Shown: positions 18,644 through 35,645 of the stretch, one piece after another
Layout: each line of letters begins with the position of its first letter
Numbering within the stretch: position 1 is the first letter of the stretch
NCBI RefSeq assembly: GCF_009914755.1
Contig: NC_060926.1
Strand: one strand, 5' to 3'
Source of the DNA: the human T2T-CHM13v2.0 reference genome, Homo sapiens
DNA length: 64,000 bases
Notes under the pieces: model-generated
What the model was told of the DNA's origin: nothing
The model's input: only the letters and a program-made list of their open reading frames with translations
The model's database searches: none
Made by a program: the position numbers and the translations under genes

Positions 18644-20388
18644 TGAGAGGTGACAGCGTGCTGGCAGTCGTCACAGCCCTCACTCGCTCTCGGCGCCTCC
18701 TCTGCCTGGGCTCCCACTTTGGCGGCACTTGAGGAGCCCTTCGGCCCGCCGCTGCACTGTGGGAGCCCCTTTCTGGGCTGGCCAAGGCTGGAGCCCACTC
18801 CCTCAGCTTGCAGCGAGGTGTGGAGGGAGAGGCGCGAGCGGGAACCGGGGCTGCGTGCAGCGCTTGCGGGCCAGCTGGAGTTCCGGGTGGGCATGGTCTT
18901 GGCGGCCCCGCACTCAGAGCAGCCGGCCAGCCCTGCTGGCTCCAGGCAATGAGGGACTTAGCACCCGGGCCAGTGGCTGCAGAGGGTGTACTGGGTCCCC
19001 CAGCAGTGCCAGCCCACCGGTGCTGCGCTCGATTTCTCACTGAGCCTTAGCTGCCTTCCCGCGGGGCAGGGCTCGGGACCTGCAGCCCGCCATGCCTGAG
19101 CCTCCCACCCACTCCATGGGCCCCGTGCGGCCCGAGCCTCCCCAACGAGCACCACCCCCTGCTCCAGGGTGCCCAGTCCCATCGACCACCCAAGGGCTGA
19201 GGAATGCAAGCACCCGGCGCGGGACTGGCAGACAGCTCCACCTGCAGCCCCAGTGCGGGATCCACTAGGGGAAGCCAGCTGGGCTCCTGAGTCTGGTGGG
19301 GACGTTGGAGAGTCTTTATTATCTAGCTCATGGATTGTAAACACCCCAATCAGCACCCTGTGTCTAGCTCAAGGTTTGTGAGTGCACCAATTGACACTCT
19401 GTATCTAGCTGGTCTGGTGGGGCCTTGGAGAACCTTTATGTCTAGCTCAGGGATTGTAAATACACCAATCAGCACCCTGTGTCTAGCTCAAGATTTGTGA
19501 GTGCACCAATCGACACTCTGTATCTAGCTGCTGTGGTGGGGCCTTGGAAATCCTTTATGTCTAGCTCAGGGATTGTAAATACACCAATCAGCACCCTGTG
19601 TGTAGCTCAAAGTTTGTGAGTGCACCAATCGACACTCTGTATCTAGCTGCTGTGGTAGGGCCTTGGAGAACCTTTATGTCTAGCTCAGGGATTGTAAACA
19701 CACCAATCAGCACCCAGTGTTTAGCTCAAGGTTTGTGAGTGCACCAATCGACACTCTGTATCTAGCTGCTATGGTGGGGCCTTGGAGAACCTGTGTGTCC
19801 AAACTCTGTATCTAACTAATCTGATGAGGACATGGAGAACCTTTGTATCTAGCTCAGGGATTGTAAACGCACCAATCAGCGCCCTGACAAAACAGGCCAC
19901 TGGCTCTACCAATCAGCAGGATGTGGGTGGGGCCAGATAAGAGAATAAAAGCAGGCTGCCCGAGCCAGCATTGGCAACCTGCTCGGGTCCCCTTCCACCC
20001 TGTGGAAGCTTTATTCTTTCGCTCTTTGCAATAAATCTTGCTACTGCTCACTCTTTGGGTCCACGCTGCTTTTATGAGCTGTAACACTCACCGCGAAGAT
20101 CTGCAGCTTCACTCCTGAGCCCAGTGAGACTACAAGCCCACCGGGAGGAACGAACAACTCCAGACGCACTGCCTTAAGAGCTGTAACACTCACCGCGAAA
20201 GTCTGCAGCTTCACTCCTGAGCCAGCGAGACCACAAACCCACCAGAAGGAAGAAACTCCAGACACATCTGAACATCAGAAGGGACAGACTCCAGACGCGC
20301 CACCTTAAGAGCTGTAACACTCACCGCGAGGGTCCGTGGCTTCATTCTCGAAGTCAGTGAGACCAAGAACCCACCAATTCTGGACACA
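18644..20388 (+). mobile_element. LTR12C-like (ERV9) solo LTR, 1745 bp
   Basis: TGAGAGGTGACAGCGTGCTGGC ... CCAATTCTGGACACA termini with a perfect 4-bp TSD CTAC. GC/CpG-rich U3, CCAAT tandem array, AATAAAA TATA-like box near 19945, and three U5 repeats (gagctgtaacactcaccgcga). Confidence 0.93.
19322..19885 (+). repeat. 119-bp tandem enhancer repeat inside LTR12C (4 units plus a partial), each with 2 CCAAT boxes and TATC (GATA) motifs
   Basis: tctagctca(g/t)ggattgtaaa recurs at 19322, 19441, 19560, 19679 and 19848. Confidence 0.9.
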
Positions 20389-20696
20389 CTACTATGAATG
20401 GGATTTTGATTCATATATAAGATTTTATATATGGGTTTTGATTCATATATAAGAAAATTAAAAATTAAGAATTTATTAAATAATGTGTTTTTATGTTGCA
20501 AATTGTTCTCTAGTTAAGTTTCATGGTATTCTAGATATAGGATCATATAATTGGCAAGTAATAATTTTATCTCTTCTTTTCCCAACATTTATAACTTAAT
20601 GCTTTTACATAACTGCTTTAGCTACCACCTCCAGTGAAAAATATTAAATAATAGTGGTACTAGGAAACAATCTTTGTTTTGTCCTACAAACATCTA

Positions 20697-20791
20697 CTCA
20701 CACATACATGCATGCACCCGTGTGTGTGCATGCACATACATACACGTGCACACATACATACACACATGCACACACACATGAACACACACAC
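20697..20791. repeat. Imperfect (CA)/(CATG) alternating purine-pyrimidine repeat
   Basis: cacatacatgcatgcacccgtgtgtgtgcatgcacatacatacacgtgcacacatac... Confidence 0.85.
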
Positions 20792-21825
20792 TTATTTTAA
20801 GAAATTGTTTATCCGTTTTGGGTTATATATATTCAATAATATCAAACGTTTTTTAGGTATTCAAAATGTAATATTTTTATTTCTTCATTACACATTACTG
20901 AGAATTTTCTTGCAGCAATTCAGCATTCCTGGAATGAGCCTCATTTGGCAAAGGAATATATTCTTTTAATACACTGTTGAATTGCATTTGCTACATTTTC
21001 TAAGATGATTCTCATCAATATTGTGCAAGATTGACTTGCAAATTGTTTTTGTCTTTTCTATGTCAGGTTTTGTATCAATATTATGTTGTCTAATAAAGGT
21101 TACTGTTATTTTTGCCCTCATTTCTATGATTGGGGGACAGTTTTAATATGCCATAAGTTAATATTACACAATTCTTGATAATTTACACAAAATTCATCTG
21201 TGAAGCCATCCAGAAGATGTAATTAACAGGTAGAGGTAGATAAGCTCCTTGACAGTTTTATTCTTTCCATTATGCTTTTTTTTTTCATTAGATTTTTCTA
21301 TCTCCTTTTAAACCAGTTTTAAATTTCCTGGAAGTCATTCATTTAACCCACATTTTCAAATTTTAGTACATATAAGACTTGTGTAAAATTGTAGCATTCT
21401 TTTAATTTTTTCTGTATTTTAAGTCATCTCCCAATTTTTATCCATAATTTTCTGTATTTTTGGCTTTCTTCATTTCCCCAACTAATGACTTTTATATCAT
21501 CAAAAAACAAGCTCTTAAATACATTAAGTTGATATTTAAACACAGATTAATAGTTTTCATTATCAATTCCTGTTGCTTTCCTTTTCTTGCTGATTTTTTA
21601 AAAACGTATTTGTTTTTCATTCTTACTAGATTAAAACTGGAAAAACTGAGGCTATAAATTTTCCTTGAAGTATGACGCTAATTGTAGCTCTATTTGACTT
21701 CTTCAAGTTTATTAATATGACTACTCCTGTGATCAAACAATTATCAAATAGAAACATATCTAATTATCAGGATTACTGATACACAGATAATTTGTTGACT
21801 ATATCTTCATATTTGATAGTATCAC

Positions 21826-22076
21826 ATTTTTCTTTTAACTTTTATTTTAAGTTCAGGGGTACATGTGCAGGTTTGTTACATAGGTAAACATGTGTCATGG
21901 GGGTTTCTTGTACAGATTATTTCATCACCCAGGTATTAAGCCTAGGACCCATTAGTTATTTTTCCTGAATCTCTCCCTTCTCCTATCCTCCTCCCTCCTA
22001 TAGGCCCCAGTGTATGTTGCTCTCCTCTATGTGTCCATGTGTTCTCAACATTTGGCTCCCACTTATAAGTGAGAAC
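21826..22076 (-). mobile_element. Short L1PA13-16-like 3'UTR insertion (~250 bp)
   Basis: acttttattttaagttcaggggtacatgtgcagg...cacccaggtattaagcctag; flanked by ATAGTATCACA / ATAGCATCACA. Confidence 0.85.
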
Positions 22077-23806
22077 ATAGCATCACAATTTGAACGCAAG
22101 TTATTCTGACTCCACATTTTGAGTTCTTAACTCTTATTTTCTATTGCCTCCTTACCTGCTGTTTGTTTTATATCTTTTGCTTTATGGCCTGGATTTTATT
22201 AGTTTTGAAATTTCCCCTTCTTCCCCTCAATTATTAATTTAGAAAATACATACAACTGTCAGGTTTTAGGTCTATTAGTGATGACTTTATGTATTTAACA
22301 TTATATTTAAAATACTCTAAAGTGTCATTAACTATAAGATGCTTTGTTATTTTTAAATGATCTTGAAAGAAAATATGGTGCCAGTTACAACTACATGTTA
22401 TTACTGATTGGAAGACATATTCTAATTTCAGAAATGTTTCTTAGAATTGATGAAATACAATAGTATGCTTAAGCCACATTTTTCCATTTATATACATCAA
22501 AAACAAACTGTCCTCAGAAAGATGAAGCAATCAGCATATTAATATGACCTTCCCTCCAACCCCTCTCCCCAAATCTCCATTTTGCCAGTTCTTTCTGAAC
22601 TTTTTGTCTCAGTTAACTATCATCAAATTATTATTTACCTTTTATTTAAGAATTCCAGTATTACATCCCCTTTTCCTAGTCTGTCTGATTTTATGTTTAA
22701 CATGTTAATCACCAATCCTTCTAGATGGTAATTTTGCCATTTATGCATTCCTTCTTTTGATTCACCTTCTATGTAAGTTTTTAGAGACAGATCATAAAAG
22801 CTATAATTTCTTACTTTTTAAATTTTCACCTATTTTTCTTCAATACTCTACAGATATTATAGTGTCACTTGAAGTCAGAGAAAAAAATACTTGATTTTTA
22901 AAAACATTGTATGTGACATTTTTCTTAGTCTAGTCATGCTTATGAAATTTTTTAAATCTTAAAAGTGTATCTTTTAGTCTCTATTACGTTTTCCTGGTAT
23001 TTAGTAAACCTTCTCAATCTATAGATTGCAATTTTAATTTCAGGGATAGCCCTTCCCTCTATATCAATAACATTTCCAAGTAGTTTTTAATTTCTACCTC
23101 ACTACATTTTGTGTGATTTTTTTCTGAAGTATTTCCTCCAACTCATTAAGAACATCTGCTACATTATTCACTCTACATCTTCCTGGGTCTAATGTGGTTT
23201 TAATTATTTTTGATAGCTTTGCTCATCCCCATCTGCCAACACTTTTCTAACCTTACTTTAGTATCCTTTTATCTATATCTTGATCTCTTAAATCTCTTCC
23301 TTGATCTCTTATCATAAAGCCTAAGATCATTTTATCTCCTTGAGAGTGTTGAAAATTTTTCTTAAAATGTTCTTCATTTCCCCAAATGGTTCTTTTTTCA
23401 AAATATTTTCCTTATTTGCCTTTGTATTTTCATTTATTTTATTTCTTTTTGGTAGTACTCATATACAGGTCTGAAGTTGACATTTATATTATAAGAGGGG
23501 AGTTTAAGTATATCTGCTATTTGTTATGATTAGTGTGCTTGAGTTTCTCTACTTACCAGGTCACTTTTTCAAACATACTTCTATAAGATGAGCTGCAAAG
23601 CTAGAACTGGGATAAGAAAAATAGAGAGTACAAAGCGATCCTCTGTCAGACCCCACCTCTCCTATCAGTCCCAATTTGCTATTTGCCACTCATATCCCCA
23701 GTGCGCTTATTTCCCAGTTAAGTGTTACTGGTAAGAACTTTCTGAATTTAGGGACATATGTATCAGCATTTGACATCTAACTTTAATTTAGTTCAAATAT
23801 TATCAA

Positions 23807-25737
23807 TGATGGCAGTGGCAGGCCATCCGGAGCGGCCGCTGCTACCACTCCAGCTGCAGAGAGGAGGTGCAAGCAGTGGCTGCAGGGGCAGAAATGGCGG
23901 CAGTGGGTCACCTATGCCCCATGTCCCCGAGGCAGCCAAATGCACTGCTGCCACCCTCGTGCAGCCAGACGGGATGGGCTCCCAGGCCCGGAGCCTCAGC
24001 CACTCCAGACCCTGGCTCTGCTCACCACTCTTGCCAACAGCCACTGCAGAGAGGGAGAAGGGGGTTGGCAGAGCTGGGCCTGGGGCAGTGTGATGCTTCA
24101 CAGAGCCCGCAGCAGCCAGGGACAAGTGGGAGCCCCCCTGGAGCCAGCCGCCCCGTGGCCACAGCAGTGGGGCCTGGCCGAGCCACCCGCTGGCAGGGGA
24201 ACAGCATGGTTGGGCACAGAGGGGTGGACAGAGAGGGGCCCAGTGAGGACCTCAAGCCCCCACCCCAGGCTGAAAGATGTGGCCAGGGCTGCCAGCATGC
24301 TCCATGGAGCAGACGGGAGCCCCACCCTCCCAAGCGCAGGACTTGGGTGTCTCTGCACTCTGCACCCTCAGGGGCCCAGGAAGGCCTCCACTGCCCCCGC
24401 AGCCTCAGGGGTGTCTGCTCCCATTACCTGGCCTCTCCCCACTCCTGGTGCCCACTCCCATCTCGGAGCAGGGTTGGGGCTAAGCACAGGCACTGTCATA
24501 GCCTGGCATGGTGTGTACATGTTCGGGGGCAGCACTGACACGCCAGCCCCCTGCTGCCTTGGCCCCCTCTGGACTTTGAACACCAACAAGCATTGTGGGG
24601 AACATGAGGGGGTGCTGAGAGGAACTCAGCACTGGCTTGCAGGTGACCCTTGGCGTGAGCAGCCTGAGCAGCCTGGGTGCCATGGTCGGCAGAAGGGGGC
24701 AGACGGGCACCCTGGTGGAAGGGGGCGGGACCCTGGTGAGGCTGTACCTTCAGGCCAGGGAGGCACTGAAGGCTGGGGGCTAGGCTGGCAGTCCCACAGA
24801 CCAGAGTGGGAACTTGCAGTGCCTTTTCCAGTCCTGCCCATGGCCACCCATGGACCAATTGGCACACACTTCCTCCCCTGAGGCCAACAAAAGCTCTGAG
24901 CTCAGCCATAGCTGGACAGACAATGGGACAACCAGCTGAAGAGAGGAGCTACCCTCTCTGTTGGGAGCTGAAACATGTTGGGATGTCCTGCCTGCAAAGA
25001 GGAGCTACCCTCTCCTAGAAGCTGAATACTCCATGGAACACCCTGGCTATAGAAATGAGCTGTACCCCGTAGATCTCCTCTGAGCTGTTCTATCACTCAG
25101 AAAAGCTCCTCTTCCTCTTGGTCACCCATCACTTGTCTGTGTACCTCAATCTTCCTGGTCACAGGACAAGAACTCAGAACCCACCAAATGGCATGGCTAA
25201 AAGAGCTGTAACACAAACAGGGCTGAAACACACCCCTTGCTCGCCACGTTCCAGGCAAAGATAAGGAGACAAGAGCTGTGGCCCTTGGGGGAACCCAGAC
25301 CTGGGAGCTCCCAGAGCCAGGGTGGTGATTCCCTCTTTGGGGCCCTGTGTTTCATGGCATCTACAAGCTTCTGGGTGCCACCACATTCCCTGGTACCAGC
25401 TGGGGAAGCTGCTTGCCTTGCACCTGGTCCAGTTGCAGCCTTGCAGAGAGCTGGAACCCATGCCAGCACCTGGAGCTGCCTGCCGTGTGGCAGCAGCAGA
25501 CAAGTCTGACTGCACAGTGGCTGGACCCCATGCTCGCTCATACACTCCTCCCAATTCCACGCTTGACTTGCAGTCTCCCTTGGAGGCATGGGATCCAGAT
25601 CAGTAGCATGAGAAGAGCGCAGCCTACCAGGCTGAGTGGGTGGAAAAAGCCAAGCGGGCACAAGCAAAACTTGGGCAAAGGCACCAACAGCCAGAGGTTT
25701 CCAGCCAAAAAAGCAACACCCCAAAGATCCCATAACA
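23807..25737 (+). mobile_element. MER52-family (ERV1) solo LTR, ~1.93 kb, GC-rich
   Basis: TGATGGCAGTGGC..CCGGAGCGGCCGCTGC start and CCCCAAAGATCCCATAACA end; near-TSD TCAA/ACAA; sharp GC boundaries. Confidence 0.85.
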
Positions 25738-26612
25738 ACAATATCTAGAAAATAGCCTTTGCAATAAGTGGAATGGAGCCAAGGTCACTGCTATTGTTTC
25801 ATTTATGGCTAAAGCTTACACCTCTATCCTTGGCTCTTTTCGTCCTTTTCAGAGAGCATTTCAAGAACAGCAATCAGCTCAATCAGTCATCTTTCTTAGA
25901 ACTCCTAGAATTTCAGTTTTCACATAAGTTTCCAATGATTTAAAGTAAAAGATGAAAGCAGATGAAAGATCAAATAGACCTTTTTAATTTGTGATAATAT
26001 TTAAATTTTATGTTAAACTTCAAGTGATGTAAGACAATTTCACTAATTTAGCTCTTTTAAGGCACAAGCAAACAAATTATCTTTACCTTTCATTTGATCC
26101 TATGACCCTGTCAATATTCTAAAACTTTTCTGAAAGTCATCATGGGAGTCACATATCCTGATGTTTGCATTTGATGCCTAAAAATATCCTGGACACTTTT
26201 TGTCAAATGAGCACCAATTGTTTTCAATGGACTAACCTCACCATTGGGTTAGCCATTCCTATCCAAAATAGAAAAGAAAAATAAAAACATGAAGATATTG
26301 AAAGATAACTGAAACATTTTTTAAGTTGAAGATTATTTCAGGATGATTAAGTAAGTCCTGATCAAAGCAAACAGGCCTCCTTTTACCAAGAACAAGTAAT
26401 GACAAAATGTGAGCATAAAGTGGTTCGATTTGATATATACATACATCAGATCTTAGATAATCATAGCAGGTAAGACATTAATGATAATCATTCTCTGAAA
26501 CACTTTTGGAATTCCCTTTTAGAACAGCTTTCACAACCATTATTTTACTAATTTCAATGGTAGCAATTATTTACTATCTGAAATTTTTTAATGTTTTAAT
26601 TCAGATACAAAA

Positions 26613-26832
26613 AGTGATTCTCAACTGGGAATGATTTTTCTCTTCAAGCGATGTTGGGCAATGCCTGGAAACAGTTTTGGTTGTCACAAGTTATGAGAGG
26701 GGGAACACTACTGGCACTGAATATGTAGAGGCCAGGAATGCAGCTAAACATTCTGAAGTGCATAGAACAGCCCCCACAACAAAGAATTATCCATCCCAAC
26801 ATGTCAATGGTGCCAAGGGTGAGGAACCCTGC
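26613..26832 (+). mobile_element. MER20 hAT-Charlie DNA transposon
   Basis: agtgattctcaactggg...ggcaatgcctggaaacagttttggttgtcacaa...gtagaggccaggaatgcagctaaaca...gaggaaccctg, ~220 bp. Confidence 0.85.
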
Positions 26833-27348
26833 ATTAGAGTCAAGAATGATGAAAAAGATGGGAGACTGCTTTAGCATAGTCTCTTGCATTCTGTGGGCAT
26901 TTAACAAATATTTCTTGGATGAAGGAATAATTAAGGGAAATGACACTGTTTGGGATGATAAATTATCATCACAAAACAAAAGGATCCATACAGTGGCTCT
27001 AAATATATTGCTATGGGGAAAACTGTATGGCTTTCCAAGAGAACTATTTTGAAGGACAAAATTTTGAAAGAACGTAATAATATAATTGCTTTAAAAGCCA
27101 CATACAACTAAAGACACAAGAAATCTGAGAAGACTACATCTTTTCATCTTATTACTTACAGAGTTTTATAAGACAGGAAAAATAAAACTACTGATGTAGC
27201 CAATACCTTCTGCTCATCTATAAAGTTGGTCTTTTCTTCCAAATACTATATGTGGATGGAATAGATGGTTCTCCCTACAAATCTTGAAATCTGCTTACAA
27301 TAAACTCTGAGTAAAAAGATGTAACTGTAAAACAACCTATAAAAATTT

Positions 27349-27655
27349 GGCTGGGTGTGGTGGCTCATGCCTGTAATCCCAGCACTTTGGGAGGCCAAGG
27401 CGGGTGGATCACTTGAGGTCAGGAGTTTGAGACCAGCCTGGCCAACATGGTGAAACCCTGTCTTACTAAAAATACAAATAAAAAAACAAAAATTAGTCAG
27501 GCATGGTGGCACATGCCTGTGATCTCACCTCCTTGGGAGACTAGAGCAGCAGAATGGATTGAACCTGGGAGGCAGAGGTTTCAATGAGCAGAGTCCACAC
27601 CAGTACACTCCAGCCTGGACAACAGAATGAGAATCCATCTCAAAAAAGAAAAAAC
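27349..27655 (+). mobile_element. AluS SINE
   Basis: Full dimer with ggatcacttgaggtcaggagtttgagaccagcctggccaacatgg. Confidence 0.9.
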
Positions 27656-28307
27656 AATTACTCCTTTGTATCTTAAAAATTCATATCAGAGAAGGAACTA
27701 AATTTTATCTCACTTAAGATATCATTTCACTAGCAACCAAAGTCCACTGAAAGAAATAAATAACCTTGATTAAAGGAAAATAAATGGGCAGAAGAATTCC
27801 TAAATGTCACTATTTTGGTTAAGCTATTCAAACAAACTGAGCTGCTGACGCTGCCAATCCTGCCAATGAGAAACATAACATATTATGCACTAAAGGGAAC
27901 AAATTCCATAGCCAGAGACTTGAGATTGGTTTTTGGGCTAACCAATTCATGGCTATGGAAACACAGACTGAGTGCATAACCATAAAGGTCCTAAGTTCCT
28001 CCACTGATAAATGGGGATGCTAAAAAGCTACCTTGTTGGGGGTTGCATGTTATTATTACTTTAATCATAATGGAACTAAAAGATCAGAGAGCTCACTCTG
28101 CCTAATTTAATTTCATAGAGCACTAAGGCCCCAGTATCATTTTTAAGTATTATAATTTTTAGCGTTTAATACTTAGTGTTTAAATATTATAATTTTAAGT
28201 AGAATACTCTTACCTAATATAGAAACTCTCATGTGACATATACTTTTAGAAAATTCATAACTTGGCTTCAAATAAGATTCACTGACAATTTTATGATGAA
28301 TTTTAAT

Positions 28308-28479
28308 TATTTTTATTTTTTTAGAGATGGGGTCTCAGTCTATTGTCCTCCAGGTGGATGCAGTGGCACAATCACAGCTCACTGCAGCTTTGAACTCTTG
28401 GGCTAAAGCAATCTTCCTGTGTCAGCCGCCTGGAGAGCTGGGAGTACTACTATGTGCCACCATGACTGGCTTGATTTCT

Positions 28480-28546
<67 letters not shown>

Positions 28547-28648
28547 AGACCAGGTCTCTCTGTGTTGCCCAGACTGGTGTGGAATGCCTGGCCTCAAGTA
28601 AGCCTCCCAGATAGCTCAAATTACAGGAGTGAGCCACCACATCCAACT
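28308..28648 (-). mobile_element. Diverged AluJ with a (TATC)n microsatellite in its middle linker
   Basis: agagatggggtctc...gcagtggcacaatcacagctcactgcagc and tgttgcccagactgg...ttacaggagtgagccacc on either side of the repeat. Confidence 0.85.
28481..28546. repeat. Perfect tetranucleotide STR (TATC)16
   Basis: Direct count: 64 bp of TATC plus TA. Confidence 0.97.
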
Positions 28649-28655
28649 AAATTTT

Positions 28656-34668
<6,013 letters not shown>

Positions 34669-35337
34669 CCAGCTAAATTTTAAACAATTATTTTGATAAC
34701 TAGCTTTTTCAATAAATTTTGCTGCATGTTAACTCCTCTCATATGAACACTGAATTAACAATTTGCTCTTATCTAATATGCATATAAGAACAAAAATTGT
34801 ATCAGATTGTGCTCTTACATAGGTCTTTAATGACAGCAAATAATTAAACCTAGAGTAAATCTATTTAGCAATATATTAAAATTATTAATTTATTTCAGTG
34901 GTGAATTATTCCTAAAGAACATTTTTAGGACAGCTGGACTACTAATGCAATTTATGTGATTAAATTTGCAATACTTCAAATCATGTCACTATATTCTTCC
35001 CCAGAGAAGCAATCTCATTTTTATAACCTCACCATGTGGTTAGATCATTGAGTACACATTAGGTACTCAATAAATGTTTATTGAACTAAATTGAAAGCAG
35101 TGAACTTGAAATTCTAGGAGCTCATGTTATTCTAAAGCTGTACACGTGATAATAAAACAGACTAAACAATGCAAAGGAAACAATTAAATTAGAATTGTAT
35201 TACACCAATTTACCTAGGATGGTAGGCTATGAAGATATATTAAAACTCAATCAGAAAAACACCAGAAAGAAAAATGTGATGATTCTGAAGCTTGAGCCTG
35301 TAGCTATCAATCTTTGTGGAAAAAAAAAAAAAAAGTT

Positions 35338-35645
35338 GGCTGGGCATAGTGGCTCACACATCATCCCAGTGCTCTGGGAAACCGAGGTAGTAGGATCACT
35401 TGAGGACAGGAGTTTGAGACCAGCCTGTGCAACATAGAGAGACCCCATCTCTACAGAAAATTTAAAAATTAGTTAACTGTCGTGGCATGTGCCTGTAGAC
35501 CTAGTTACTCAGGAAGCTGAGGTGGGAGGATCACTTAAGTCCAGCAGTTTGAGGTTGCAGCAATCTGTGATTGTGCCACTGCAGTCAATACTGCACTTCA
35601 GACTGGGTGACACAGTGAGAACACTATCTCTCGAGAAAAAAAACA
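35338..35645 (+). mobile_element. AluJ-like SINE
   Basis: Diverged Alu dimer. Confidence 0.88.

Noticed and set aside
18555-19381. Overlapping ORFs and CpG-island-like sequence suggesting a host gene promoter
   Set aside because: Fully explained by the GC-rich U3 of LTR12C, bounded by a TSD.
19322-19885. Regularly spaced direct repeats resembling a CRISPR array
   Set aside because: Whole 119-bp units repeat with no unique spacers, there are no cas genes, and the array is the known U3 enhancer repeat of LTR12.
23758-25748. Dense overlapping ORFs up to 313 aa
   Set aside because: They occur in all frames inside a GC-rich MER52 LTR where stops are rare, and show no recognisable domain.
28327-28614. 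ORF with repeated LSIY motif
   Set aside because: This is the translation of the (TATC)16 microsatellite inside an Alu.
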